64,000 bases of DNA from NCBI GenBank assembly GCA_963693365.1, contig CAVNZM010000004.1, positions 3,060,389-3,124,388 on the forward strand, read 5' to 3'. Positions 1-25,050 of the stretch are shown here, piece by piece (within the stretch, counting starts at the first letter, position 1; each line of letters begins with the position of its first letter). The notes beneath the pieces were generated by a model. It was given only the letters and a program-made list of their open reading frames with translations. It did no database searches and had not been told where the DNA came from. The position numbers were made by a program, and so were the translations under genes. The DNA comes from Amoebidium appalachense. Its lineage: Eukaryota; Protista; Ichthyosporea.

Positions 1-12290
<12,290 letters not shown>

Positions 12291-12378
12291 CTCCCCCCCC
12301 CCCCCCCCCCTTCCCCCCCCCCCCCCCCCTCCCACACACACACACCCTCCACAGGGACACAAACATCATGTACGTACA

Positions 12379-12420
<42 letters not shown>

Positions 12421-12490
12421 TCCAATCATTGCACAGCTATGGAGCGTCTGCCCTTACATAGTGCGACACGCACACACACACACACATACA

Positions 12491-12578
<88 letters not shown>

Positions 12579-13102
12579 GCCACACACACACAGTGACGCA
12601 CCGAGAGAGAGTTGCACTACTTACTACACATTTGAAACAGGGGGACAGGCTCTCCAAATTTTCTCGCTGCAATGGCCAACATACAGTTTCTTTCTTTTTT
12701 GCCTTTCCAATTTCTCTTTTTCTTTTATGTTTTCGGACCTGTATGATCACCCATTTAGTTGGATCCAAACGCGCTGAGCAGTTGAGTGCAGAGGACTAGC
12801 TTTATTGAATTGCCTGACTGTCCGTGCAGAAGCATGCACCATGTATACATAGGCATTGGTTATTTCATGAATGGGACGACAGTGGGTTAGACGATCTGTG
12901 AATGACAAGGGCACCACCGGTACCACACAACATTTCAGATACAGAGCTGGGTTCTGTTGTAGTGTATGAAGTGCTTAGATGTAAATGTACTCTGGCCTGC
13001 CGTTCGTGCTTGCACATGCACTTCAAATGCAGCTAGACACTGCTAAACAGTTGTCAAGAAGTCAACTATGTAAAGCTTTTTTTTTTGTGTGTGTATGTGT
13101 GT

Positions 13103-13145
<43 letters not shown>

Positions 13146-13146
<1 letters not shown>

Positions 13147-13320
13147 TTGAACGCGGAACACTGTACGAAGTACACATACACGATGAGAGGCATGGTGCAG
13201 GACACATGCAAATGCAACTCAGTATAAGCATGCACATCAGCGATGCGCTCAGTATGCGTCATAAGCAGAGCCCATCCTCAGGGAGAGCCCAAGTCATCAT
13301 TTGCGTCTGAGTTTCGGCCC
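13146..13320 (-). mobile_element. Diverged copy of the ~190-bp SINE-like family, abutting a poly-G tract (intergenic)
   Basis: Shares GTACGAAGTACAC, ATAAGCAGAGCCCATCCTCAGGG..GCCCA.GTCATC and GAGTTTCG with the copies at 29276, 34077 and 53681. Confidence 0.8.
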
Positions 13321-13513
13321 CTGAGCCCGCGTATACATAATTCTCCACGTCAGACAGCAGCATCAACTGAACTTGGGATGGCCAACCCGTCTTTATCAAA
13401 GACGAGCAGGGTTGTGTATGCAAGCCGGGTAAGCAAAATGGTGAATATTTATGTGGGCAAACTAATGCAGCATGGGAGGGGGCGGGACCAGACAAAAGTG
13501 CATTGCAAGAGGC

Positions 13514-13627
13514 TGTGCAGGAGGTGGCTGGTGGGGCCAGCTGGTGCTGCTGCTTTTCAAGGTCCTTGTGGGGAACAATGCACGTCGAACCCATTGTGCC
13601 CAGGCCTGGCCATGGGCCGCTCAGGCA
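13514..13627 (+). pseudogene. Rearranged duplicate fragment of ERMP1 exon 7385-7497
   Basis: GGGGCCAGCTGGTGCTGCTGCTTTTCAAGGTCCTTGTG and TGGGCCGCTCAGGCA match ~7435-7494, separated by an inserted segment. Confidence 0.75.
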
Positions 13628-13642
13628 TATTTCGATAAGACC

Positions 13643-13680
<38 letters not shown>

Positions 13681-14700
13681 TTCTTTCCCCTCCCCCCGTC
13701 CACCCGATCGAGAATGCAGAGAGGCAGAGAGAAAGATGAGCGTTCGAACGAAAAGCTCACAACGGCCCATAGGAAGCCAGTTGCGCTTTAACTGTCAATT
13801 GACAAGATGGCGTTGTAATTACTGGCAGTAGCCAAGCCTGGAGGATTTCAAGTCAAGCTCCATCATTCTTAATTGAAACATCGTAACATAAAACGCACTA
13901 AAGAGCTCCTATAGAAGTCCAACTCCAGGCTACTTAGTTTTCCGAGAGGTGAAAAGTAGTAAACCTGTGTTTGGTTGCATTGGGGTAACATGCAAGGCGC
14001 CGAAGCAACCAGGCGAGGAGTGCAACATGCATGGGCGCAATGTTGTGGTTTCAGCCAGCAAGGGTACTCTCGACACCGTTTACTTTGTTCCCTGCGCGGC
14101 CTCCACCGCTATACAATGAGGAATAACCCGACCTGAGCTCTGAACTGTGCCCGGCCCAGGCAACCTATATGAGTGGTGGAGCACAACACCGTGCAACGAC
14201 TCGATGGAAGTCATCATGGAACATTATTTTTTTTGTTTTGTTCTTGTTTTGGAAGGAGGACTCGAGGAGCCCGGGCTTTTTCGGTGATCCGCTAACCCTA
14301 TTGGTGGAAGGTCATGGCTAGTTCTGACGCACACATGCTGAGTGCAAAATATATCCAGGAAAACATAATGTAAATTAATCTCCACAAACATCCATTTTTG
14401 CATGGTATTTTTTGAAAACCCTTGCTTGCAGCCTCGTGGCGGCGCCGGCGCCATGGCCGGCACATACTGTACACTGAGGAGCTTCTTTAAAGTCCTTTTT
14501 GTGTATAAGTAAGAGACCTTTTCTGTTACAAATCAATAAGAATTTTTTTCATACGGTATAGTGTTTAGTTGTAATATACTCTGTATAAGAAATCAACATT
14601 TTCCAACTGATGATGTTATCCAGTTCAGTGTGTATCCACTCAAAATAGGTTTGGGGTTTCAGTTTCCTCAGATTTATTTACCCGGCGGTAGCACCACTCG

Positions 14701-14782
14701 ATTGGCCGACAAGCCTGTTCCGATTTCTAGCCCGCCAATCAACGGTTCCCACTTGGTGCTCGAACCATTGGGTCGGACCAAT
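14701..14782. promoter_or_regulatory. CCAAT-box cluster, probable promoter
   Basis: ATTGG at 14701 and 14767, CCAAT at 14735 and 14778, in repeat-free DNA upstream of ORF 15165. Confidence 0.5.
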
Positions 14783-15164
14783 CAACGCGCACCCAACAAG
14801 CGTGATAACACGACCGGCGCGAAAAAATTGTTCACAGTTTTCGCTTCAACTTCTTTTTTCTTCGGCTGTTTTCTGTGGCTTTGCATTGTTCAAAGAGTGA
14901 CACGGGTGACGGGAGCCAGCCACGCTGAGCCAGGTCTCAGTTACTCGGTGTGTCAAAGAAGTCGGTGGCTTTGTTTGAAAACTAGAGTCCAAGCGTTCAA
15001 AATGAACTGATAGCTTAGACAACGCTATTGTATTTCTCTTTAGCGTGCAGCCCCCTTATTATTTAGCAACCATCCTTGATTCCTACTCTTGGGCGAGCAT
15101 GCCCTTGCTGCCACAAACATCTTTTTACTCTATACAAATGCCTGCACGATAGGCTCCATCGAAC

Positions 15165-15857
15165 ATGGTTTATGGCTTTCGACGTCGCCTGACACGGGTG
15201 CAGGCTCTACGGCAGGCTCAGCCTACCGGCCTGTACCAGCCCGAGGCCGTCTGCCTTTGTGCGACACGGCATGGGCCCATGGCGAAGCTCGTTTATGTGG
15301 GCGAGACCAGCTGGTTTGTGCAGTATGACGTACGCGGTACACCCCCAGGTGGGGCTGAACGGGGGGAGCTAAGACCCCGCCCGCGCGCGGCCGAGGTGCA
15401 GCGGCTGGCCAACGTGCACGAGCCCCCACGGCGCCTTATTCAGCGACCAGCAAAAGAACTGTCTGCGGAGGCTGGGCCACAGCTGGCCTGCCCCACGGCG
15501 TCTGGACTACGCGCGGACAGCCCTGTGCTGTCGGTGTTTGCTTTTCTCCTCCACCTGCTGCCAGGTTTCAAGGCTGGACGTTCAACCATACGCAAGGCAT
15601 TCTTCCCTCTGCGGCGTGGCACCCCCCTGTGGACACTGTGGGTGTTTGGCGTTTCCTTGGCCACAGGGCTCTGGGCTCTGGCTGCCAGCATGCCCAGCAG
15701 GATCGGTTGGCGCACGGAACGGCAGGGCGGCTATTGGCGCTCACGGCTATGGGAGGGGCGCTATGTTTACCACCTGCTGGTGCTGTTCTATGTGCTGGTG
15801 GCAACGGGCAAGCAATGGCAAAATGAGGATATTCTGGCACAGCCCCTTGCCTGGTAG
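15165..15857 (+). CDS. Hypothetical protein (230 aa) with hydrophobic C-terminal segments
   Basis: GC-rich, non-repetitive open frame downstream of the CCAAT cluster. No confident family match. A possible acceptor AG lies just upstream. Confidence 0.5.
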   Translation: MVYGFRRRLTRVQALRQAQPTGLYQPEAVCLCATRHGPMAKLVYVGETSWFVQYDVRGTPPGGAERGELRPRPRAAEVQRLANVHEPPRRLIQRPAKELSAEAGPQLACPTASGLRADSPVLSVFAFLLHLLPGFKAGRSTIRKAFFPLRRGTPLWTLWVFGVSLATGLWALAASMPSRIGWRTERQGGYWRSRLWEGRYVYHLLVLFYVLVATGKQWQNEDILAQPLAW

Positions 15858-16360
15858 AGCAACTTTGAAATCTTCAAACGTATGTGTGCACGAAATACGA
15901 ATGAATAGTTAGTAATATAAGCAGGTGTCGTTAACTGGCCCCTGCTGTATGACGTATGTACTGCTGCGGCAGCTGTTTCGAATGAAAGCACTGTTTTGAA
16001 ATAAAAGTCTGTCTGGCTGAGCTTGTGACTTCGCTGAAGCACTGTTTCCCTGTTTCTGCTAACTTGGCCTTCAAGTTCGTGCTGTGTGTTGAGGTATCTG
16101 TGGCTGAGGTTGTCTTCTATGTGAAGGTTGTGAAGTGTGGGCTTCCACCCAAAGACAAGCTTCTCGGTCTTCCCCACACCTAGCCCAGTCCTAGAAACAA
16201 CAGAGTGAACGTTTGGTCGAGTCAGGCCGCCTAGGGGGTCTGGCATGGCACCGACATAAATGTCATCAAACTTGCCATGGCTGCTTTCAGCGGCTGACTG
16301 TGGCCGGGTGTGCAAATGAATTTTTCGGAGCAGTTGTGATCTAGTAATGGCCTTAGTCAT
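15788..16360 (-). CDS. Hypothetical ORF (190 aa), convergent with the previous ORF and overlapping it by 70 bp
   Basis: Non-repetitive open frame only. No recognisable motif and the true exon structure is unresolved. Confidence 0.25.
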   Translation of the reverse strand: MTKAITRSQLLRKIHLHTRPQSAAESSHGKFDDIYVGAMPDPLGGLTRPNVHSVVSRTGLGVGKTEKLVFGWKPTLHNLHIEDNLSHRYLNTQHELEGQVSRNRETVLQRSHKLSQTDFYFKTVLSFETAAAAVHTSYSRGQLTTPAYITNYSFVFRAHIRLKISKLLYQARGCARISSFCHCLPVATST

Positions 16361-16613
16361 GAGTTAGGTTTCAGTCTCTGCACGATGAAAAATCATGGCT
16401 AGCAGTCGGCTACTTACTCGGAAGTCTGCTTGCACCCAGGGCCGCCATTTTGCTTCCCGTTGTGGCCCAGCCCCCCTCCCCAACCCTTAATTCCTATTAA
16501 TCATTGATGTGTGCTCCTATGTATTCCGGCCTTGCAAACTTACTGTGTTTTCGTACCGGCTGCAGCTGTTATCATTTGCATTCGAACCCCCCCCCCCCCC
16601 CCCCCCCCCCTCC

Positions 16614-16647
<34 letters not shown>

Positions 16648-16660
16648 AAAGAGAGAGAAA

Positions 16661-16715
<55 letters not shown>

Positions 16716-17506
16716 AGATTCTTGGAATGGGAAAGAAACTGAGTAAGAGAGAGGGAGTGAAAGAGAGCAGATGGCAGAAATGTGCGTCATGACAACGAGA
16801 GGATTAATTAGTTGCAGCTGCAGCTGGGATCAGGGACAGTGAGCGAACCTGCCAGTGGCTACCGGATAACGGACCGGAATATTCACGTGATTATACTATG
16901 TGCGTACACTCAGAGTCTCCTGTGGGCCACTGTGTGCGAGGATTTTGTAATCTTGGTCCCTCATGCATTTGCAAGCAGGTTGTTGAACGCATGCACGATC
17001 AGCCATCAAATGGTCATGAGACCAAGTCCGAGTTCCGTGGCACCCGCATGATGGTCCCTTATGAACACCTCTGACATGTACACATAGTATTACATGAACC
17101 CCCAACATTTCCTCTTCCTCTACCTTGGTACGTCAGTGACCCTTTCTTGTCATCCTCGCGACTGCTTTCATGGTCAGTGCAGCTTTGGGTCACACCTACA
17201 CCAATCGCCCCCACAACGCTTCCCTCTTCACTTCTTCGCTTGCTGGCTTACAATTGCCCTTTGCACTGAACTTCGCATTGCCCACTGGCTCCATGGTTAT
17301 CACATGGGTATTATCTCGACCCACAGCTCCGGGCTGTGTTTCTGTAGTGCCTTTAATTTGTGTGTTGCTAAATAAAGGTAGCAAGTCCAGCTTTGCTTTT
17401 TGCCTTACTTAATTGGTGTGCTGCCGCAAGGGCCTATGTGCACATCATAACATGTATTTACATATGGGCCTAAGTTCAACGTTGCCTAGTACAGAGCACT
17501 TTACTA

Positions 17507-19351
17507 TCAATAGCCACCAGTGGGGTAGGCCGGGCTAGCAAAGTCAACAGGGGTTTGGGGCCAGGCGTGAGGCTGCTGGGCAAAGGGGTGGGGTGGGGTG
17601 TCAGCCACGGTGCAGTCGCTGCGCAGCAACTTGGCTATGGCCTCCACCTCGGCTGCAAATGCCACCCGGCCCTGCCCTGGCGCCACGGACACACTGCGCC
17701 GGCCAACATTGGCCCCAGCAAGGGGGTATGGCCGGGTGGGCAGGGGGGTGTGCCTGCGGCTGGGGGAGGCCAGCAGCTGCGAGCGTGAGGCCAGGCCGTG
17801 GGCCCTCACGGGGCCACTGCGGTGGCCCAGGGGGGAGTCCGACAGCGTGCGCACGGCACTGCGGGGCCCTGTGGGGACAGTGGGTGCCGGAGAGGCAGTG
17901 GCCGCCTGCAGGGCCGATCGGTAGTGCAGCTGCAGGAAGCACAGCACCCAACCGTTGAACTCGTCCTGCGGCACGTACAGCTCAAAGTCCAGCACCCACA
18001 GCACGTGCCGCTCGGCCCCACACACCTGCTGCACGGGCAGGCCGGCCCAGGTGGCCCACTGGGCCATGGGCACGGCCACGTCGTGCAGGTACTTGTCGGC
18101 CAGCACCAGGCAGCCCAGCAAAAGGCAGTGCCGGCACAGGCCCCGCCGACTGCGCAGCGCCCGTGACCGGTACACGAGGGCAAGCACCTGCATGGATCGT
18201 GACGCGTTGCCGGCACGGCTCAACCGCTGCTCGAACTGGGCCAGGGGCACACTGTGCACAAACCCGACATTGACACTGCACGGTTGGCCCCCACACGGCG
18301 CAGGCGACCGGGTTAGCCCCGTGGCGGCTGATTCGGATGATAGGCGCCCCCTCGGCAAAGCCCCAGATCCCTCCCATAATGACTCCCGTGTTTCACCAGG
18401 CTGCCGATATGTCTGGTCAAAGCGGTCAGTGGGGCAGCCGATGCCACCACAGAGGAAGTCCTCTGCTGACGCTGTTTGGGCCAGCTGGGTGCTGCTTTGG
18501 TGGGCCAGCCTTAGCGGCCCGCTGACAGTGTTGCCCCGTGCCCGTGTGATGTGGACTGGCCGGGGGCCCCCAAAATGATTGCTTTGTGGTGCAAAGTCTT
18601 CACGTGACCCAAACAACACATCCGCCGACGTCAATGCCCGGGTACGTGATACTGGAGCAAGCCCGTGAGTATCCACCCCACCGGTTGCGGGAAAAAATGA
18701 CTCGCCAAGGTGTTGGTTGTCAGCAGGCCTGGCGCTTGCTATCGGAGGTTGGTGTTGGTCCACAGACGCCTGTGTGTGGTCGAAGCTGGTGAGGGCTATG
18801 AGGTCGTCTGCACTGCGGCTCTGCAACTCCGCACTCAGAAGGCGTGCCTGTGAGCCCGACCGTGAGCAGGCAAAACGGTGGCCAGGTATGCCCAGCACTG
18901 ACGGTCGGTGGGGTGCATAGTGCTGTGTGCTTGGCGCATGCTGGCCCCAGTTGTCAGTGTCCGCAGTGAAGCCACCGTCAAGCTCGAACTGGCCCGCAGG
19001 GGAGAAGGTGTGGGCACGTAATCGGTAGGCCAAGGCTTTTGGGTCGGCCAGGCTGTGTGGGTTCTGTAGGTCCCCCTGCTGGGTGCCGCTAAGGTGATGT
19101 TTTGAGGCTGGCCCGACTGTGTGGGTCTCACTGGGTGTGAAGGAAAACACCGGCACGGAGGCTACAGCCACAGTCTGCGACCGGTGTCGTGGTCGTCTGC
19201 TGTCCTGCTCGTGAGTGTCCAAGTGGGCCCTGTGGTGTTGTGCCAGCGAGAGGGTGGCCAGGTCCACGTCCATATGGGCCAGGGACGAAGGGCCATTGTG
19301 GTGGTTGTTGGGCGGACTGGGCTGTGCCCAGACCATACTGCCGTGGGCCAT
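17507..19351 (-). CDS. Pho80/Pcl-family cyclin-domain protein, intronless, 614 aa
   Basis: Cyclin box LALVYRSR...LLLGCLVLADKYLHD....AQWA..AGLPVQQV..AERHVLWVLDFELYV..DEF..W matches the PHO80/PCL/CNPPD1-type cyclin pattern. The flanks are long and probably disordered. Confidence 0.82.
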   Translation of the reverse strand: MAHGSMVWAQPSPPNNHHNGPSSLAHMDVDLATLSLAQHHRAHLDTHEQDSRRPRHRSQTVAVASVPVFSFTPSETHTVGPASKHHLSGTQQGDLQNPHSLADPKALAYRLRAHTFSPAGQFELDGGFTADTDNWGQHAPSTQHYAPHRPSVLGIPGHRFACSRSGSQARLLSAELQSRSADDLIALTSFDHTQASVDQHQPPIASARPADNQHLGESFFPATGGVDTHGLAPVSRTRALTSADVLFGSREDFAPQSNHFGGPRPVHITRARGNTVSGPLRLAHQSSTQLAQTASAEDFLCGGIGCPTDRFDQTYRQPGETRESLWEGSGALPRGRLSSESAATGLTRSPAPCGGQPCSVNVGFVHSVPLAQFEQRLSRAGNASRSMQVLALVYRSRALRSRRGLCRHCLLLGCLVLADKYLHDVAVPMAQWATWAGLPVQQVCGAERHVLWVLDFELYVPQDEFNGWVLCFLQLHYRSALQAATASPAPTVPTGPRSAVRTLSDSPLGHRSGPVRAHGLASRSQLLASPSRRHTPLPTRPYPLAGANVGRRSVSVAPGQGRVAFAAEVEAIAKLLRSDCTVADTPPHPFAQQPHAWPQTPVDFASPAYPTGGY

Positions 19352-21218
19352 ATTAAGGTTTAAGATGCATCAAATATTTGAGCTGTAAGCTGATAGAGCT
19401 ATGGGCAGAGCTTTGATGAGTGTTTTCTTTTGCCAACAGCCAGACTGTCGGGTGGATCCAGGATAGTCATTACTAATTCACTAATAACTGTTCATGTGCA
19501 CAGCTAGTACTGCCTGGCCGGTGCGGATGCCTGCATAACCATGCCATAAAAATGACAGCGTTTGTATAGGTGCAGCCAGGCTTTTTGTGGAGGTTTGACC
19601 CCCTAGTGCATATGCTCGTACGGAGAATACAATGCTGGGAGCAGCCCATGAAGTACATAAAGTGATCAAGATGACTGGCTACGTCTGATTGAATACTCGG
19701 CGGTCGAGAAAAGTTACACTCGGCTGTCATAGTAGAAGTACATGTGGTCTAGCACGTTGCAGTGGAATACAGGCTTGTTTTGGCCATGGAGTTAGTTGGA
19801 GACAAGTTGTCTTTCGGATGTGAGTGGCACTGCGAGTGTGAGACCAGCCCTTGCCGTGTGCACATGCATGGGGTTCGGTTGATGGGTGTGTACGATAAAA
19901 AATGAATACCGCAACATTCCATTCTGCGTTATTTTGTTTTTGACCCGTGTCTATGAAAGCGTATGTAATAATGGTCTGCACATGCAAATAAAATGCTTGC
20001 TTGCTTTCAGGAATATGCCATAAGAAACTTTGTTGTATGCCTCATTGAAGTTATTTTATGGTGAGCTATCTGTAGCTTTTCTTTTTTGTCGGCCACCTTC
20101 CGTTTTAGGTTTTGCCAATCCGCATACCAACGGCAGGCTTGGAATCCGCGAAAATGTGGAACTCAATACAGTGGTAAAAATAGCCAATCAGTGAAGGCAC
20201 AAGATTATTTCGATATCCACGCCCATGGGCTGGTCACCGAATAATTGTGGGGGCAAGATAGGGGCTATTAGGCGGGCATCTGCTTATGTATACAAAATTT
20301 GCCTGCCAGATGATTTATTCTTAAGCCGTATTTATCTTCTTTAAACTCTGCAAATGGATGCACAGGGAACGTTTTGGACAGCCAGTTTTCCTCACGGATG
20401 GTGGGCCATGGGTGGCTCAGTGCATGCTGACACAACGGCATGTGCGCCACAGCATTCCACGCGCATCTCACTTCCTATAGAATGATTGGTGGACGTGGTC
20501 CAATCACCTTGGTACTGGTTGTTTACACGTAATCATCACGGTGACTGCGAAGTTGTGCGAACACGTGACTTGGCCATGGTGATGCAGCGAGTGTGACAAG
20601 GCAACACTACTGTGTCAGTCACACGGACAGACTGAGCTCAATTTGTAGATCTGAGGTGTATATACCACGTTGGCAGTGTGCTTAAGTAAGCCTCTCTCTT
20701 CCATGCATGTCTGTGTGGGGGGGATGCCCCCCCCCCCCCCCCCCCCCCCCCCAACCCGGGACCTGGACCTCCCCTCCCGTCCCTCCCCCCCTACCTCTCA
20801 TGATTCCGCGGATCAACCCCGCCCCCTTCCCGGCCCCGGGCCCTGGCCTGGCCCTGCAGGGAACGTGCATGTGCGTGTGCGTGTGTGCACACATGTGTGT
20901 GCGTGTTCGTGCGCGCGCGCGTGTGTGCGTGTGTGGGCGTGTCCGTCACAGCCTGGCAGGTATCTAATCATAATAGCTCAGTAGTACTGCCCTGCATGCC
21001 AGATGGCCTTTGCTTGTGCACGTGGAGAGGCCACCCGCCACCTCGAGTCCGTCACCAAGTGCACACCCAAGCACGAGCACGACGACACGGCGACTTGGGC
21101 CATCCAGCAAATCATGACCTCCCTCAAAGTCCCTCCCTCCCGCTCCACATATATTACTGAATTTCACCCTCCCCCGACCAGGGCTCCGACCCATTACGCT
21201 GTCGCTGGCCCCGGTGCC

Positions 21219-21262
<44 letters not shown>

Positions 21263-21287
21263 CTCACGGTCATGACTGTGTGTGTGC

Positions 21288-21340
<53 letters not shown>

Positions 21341-21442
21341 ACACTGTGTGTATGTGTGTGTGTGTGTATGTGCGTATGTGTGTGTGGTGTGTGTGTGGGT
21401 GTATGAGTTACATATGCATGTGTTGTGTTTCTCCCTCTCTCC

Positions 21443-21477
<35 letters not shown>

Positions 21478-21484
21478 CCTCTCC

Positions 21485-21517
<33 letters not shown>

Positions 21518-23311
21518 TGCACGCGCGCGTGTGTGTGACACTATTTGTATACATGTGTATATATACACATATCCCCCCCCCCGTCCCCCCCCCCCCCCTC
21601 TCTCCCCCCCCCTCCCTACCTCACCTGTCCGCGGCGAGTAGGGGGCGGACAGGTGGGGGGAGGGGGGAGGGGGGGGGGGGGGGGGGGGGGGAGGGGGGGG
21701 GGGGGGGGGGGGGGGGGAGGGGACGTTGATATATTTGGAACCATTCATTCGTTACGAATGAATAACACTTTAGTAAACCCTTATACAACTTGTGAGAGCT
21801 CCAAGGGGAGGTACTCATATATCAATATGAGGTTTAGATACCGGGCAAGGGAGGGGCAGGGAAGACAGAGAGGAAGGAAAAGGGGGGGAAGGGTTTGGGG
21901 AGGGAGGGGGGGAGAGGGGGGCAGAAGGGGGGGAGGGGGGGCCATCCTCGCGCAGTGTGTGGCTACCAGGCATACGTTATCATGTCATTGAAATATCGAG
22001 ACATGCTTATCATCTTCAGAACCGGGTTGGGAGATTGAGCATGCATCCGAGTTGATTAATAAACCACTGCATGCAGGAGGTTCACTCAGCACTATGATCT
22101 GATAATATTCGAGGGACTTCACTCACGGATTCAATAGCCAGAGTGGGGAGCGGGGGGGGGGGGGGGGGGGGGGGGGGGGGAGGTGGGGGGGGGGGGGAGG
22201 TGCATGCAAAGGGCTGCACGGCCCGTCACAGTGGCGGTCCCCCCCCCCCCCCCCCCCCCCCTCCCCCCCCTCCCCCCCTCCCCCCCCCCCCCCCCCCTCC
22301 CCCCCAAACAAGCTAACCGAATGGACGGAGGGGAAGGAGGACTTACCTCAGTCTCCGGTGGGATAGTTGGCCCCCACAAGGCCCATCCAACCATCCATTC
22401 CCCCCACCCTCCTTCCCCTCCACCCCCTTCCCCCGGCCCCACCCCAGCTCACCGTTCCAAAGTCGAGCATCAAGTCAACTCTCATACTATTAGTGACTCT
22501 TAAATTGCTTGGGGCACCCTTTTCCCAGATAACACTTTTTTAGCTCCGATTAGTTGAGGAATGCTTAGGAGTGTCTTACTGGCTATACCTGGCCATGCGT
22601 TCCAATGCTGTCAAGTCATGATTCATTGAAACTTAACAATGAGTAAAGACCGTGTCAGTAAGTCCTGTTAATATCATTCATGTGTGACACACCCCTCCCC
22701 TTTCCGCCCTCCCCCAAGCTCCCCACCCCTCTCTCCCCCCTACCTCCTCTCACCCACTTCAACTGTTACAGGCATTTGCCTGCTCTCTTGGTTGCAGCCG
22801 ACCGTGGGGGGGAGGGGGGCCGGGAGGGGAAAGGGGGGGGGGGGGGGGGGAGGGGGGCCGGGGGGCAAGTTTAGTCAATCACAGGCATCCCCTCCCCTCC
22901 CCTCCACCCCCTCCCACTCCCCCCCACCCACGTGCACCCACCCATTCCCCCCCCCCCCCCCCCCCCCCCCCCAAACACACACACACACACAAGCGCACGC
23001 GCGCGCGCGCGCACACACACATATACACACCAAAAAAGAAAAAAGAAACTGACTGATATGAGAGTCTTATAGCCCCTCAGCCCATTTGCAACCGTTATGC
23101 CTGTGCCTCCCTCCAGTTTTCGAATATAATCTCTTTAACACTTGCCCAAAAGAATGCAGAACCGAAACGGTAGCTTGCCTCTAGTTCAGTACACACCCAT
23201 GTGCCAAAGACGGTCAGTGACTCCCCCTCTCCCTCCCTGTCTCTCTCTCTCTCCCCCCCCCCCCACCCCCCCTCCCCCACTTGACACACACACACACACA
23301 CACACACACCC

Positions 23312-23422
<111 letters not shown>

Positions 23423-23724
23423 AACAAACAAAAAAAAAAAACCTTCCCACCCTCCCCCACCCCCCCCCAAAAGGGCAATTACTCATCCACCACAAAACGT
23501 AAATTCAAACTATTGAGACTCTAATTGTCTGCATTTGGGAGGTCGTGGTGGTTGGGGGTGGGGTTGAGGGTAGGGTTTTGGGGACGGGGTGGGTGGGTGG
23601 GGGGTGGGGAGGAGGGCAGGGGGGGGAGGGGGGGGGGGGGGGGGGGGGGGGGGGTGCAGGGAGAGGGGGGGGGGGGGTTGAGAGATTTTTTTTCCCCTAT
23701 TCTTTTTTGTTCTTTCTTTCTTTC

Positions 23725-23756
<32 letters not shown>

Positions 23757-24824
23757 TTTTTTTTTTGGGGGGGGGGGGGGGGAGGAGGGGGTGGGGGAGG
23801 GGTGGGAAGGGAGGGGAAGGGGGGGAGGGGAGGTGAAAGCGGGTTGGGGTTGCGAGGTTGAGGTAGGAGTTAGGGATTGGTGTTTGGCTTTTTTTTTTTT
23901 TTGTGGGGGGGGGGGGAGGGGGGGGGGGGGGGGGGGGGGGTTACGCCTGTGAATATCATACAACTGCTCGGAAAACTTGTGGACCGTGCACAAAAACAAA
24001 TCTCCCCGCCCTCCCCCCCCCCCCCCCCTCCCCTCTCTCCTCCCTCTCCCCCTCCCCCCTCCCGGCCCCGCCCCTCCTCCCCCCCCCTCACTCCCCCCCC
24101 CCCCCCCCCCCCCCCTCCGCCCTCAAGGCAACCCCAATCTCCCTGTGGTTACCATATTAGCAGTTGGGCTAGCAGAATATCGCCAATCAACATGCATACA
24201 TAAAGTCACGGTTACACACGCACACACACACAGATAAATAGGTCACTCTTTTGCACGCACACCTAGACATCTCCTCAAACACACGTCCACAGTATTATCG
24301 TGTGCCCACCTCAGTAATCTATATCTAACTATACGTATGGTAATATCCATGAGCCCATCCCCCCCCCCCCCCCCAACCAAAAAAAAAAACAAAAAAACAC
24401 ACACACACACACTCACACCTCCCCCCACTCTTCTCCCCGTACACTTCTGTATACCTACTCTGACACACACACACATTGTAGCACTGCATGAGCCAATAGT
24501 GGCCCATGCATGGTATGCCTAATACGTACATTTGGAGAAGATCGCAGGGTGGGGGGCGGGGGGTTGCCCAGGGGGAATGTTGGGTTTTCAGGGAGCCTTG
24601 AGAGGGAAATTTGCCGCCTGTGCGAACCTGGACCCCGACCCCATTCCCTCCCTCCCAAAGGGTGAGTGTAGTGGAGATATGGGGGGGGGGGGGGGGGGGG
24701 GGGGGGTGTCTCGGAGAATAAACCGTCTCCTACAACTGGCAAGGTCGAGAAAGGGGGGGAGGGGGGGGGGGGGGGGGGGGGGGATCAGAGGTTTTGAAAA
24801 CTTTCAAGTTACCTGCTAGTTGAT

Positions 24825-24860
<36 letters not shown>

Positions 24861-25050
24861 CCCGACCCACCCACCCACACACACACACACGGCACACGGC
24901 ACACACACACACGTAACACACACAGAGAGAGACCCAGACACACACACACACGTGCATGCACCCACCACCACCACCACCACCTGGTCCACTACCACCACTA
25001 CAACGTGCACCAGCGCCAAAACATACTGTATTACCTTCAACACTTCGTTG

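Noticed and set aside
16360-16452. ATG at 16448 with a GTAAGT donor as first exon of the 190-aa ORF, or stop-codon reassignment
   Set aside because: Every nearby acceptor I tried leads to an early stop. TAA is a genuine stop in ERMP1 and ACLY, so there is no support for a variant genetic code.
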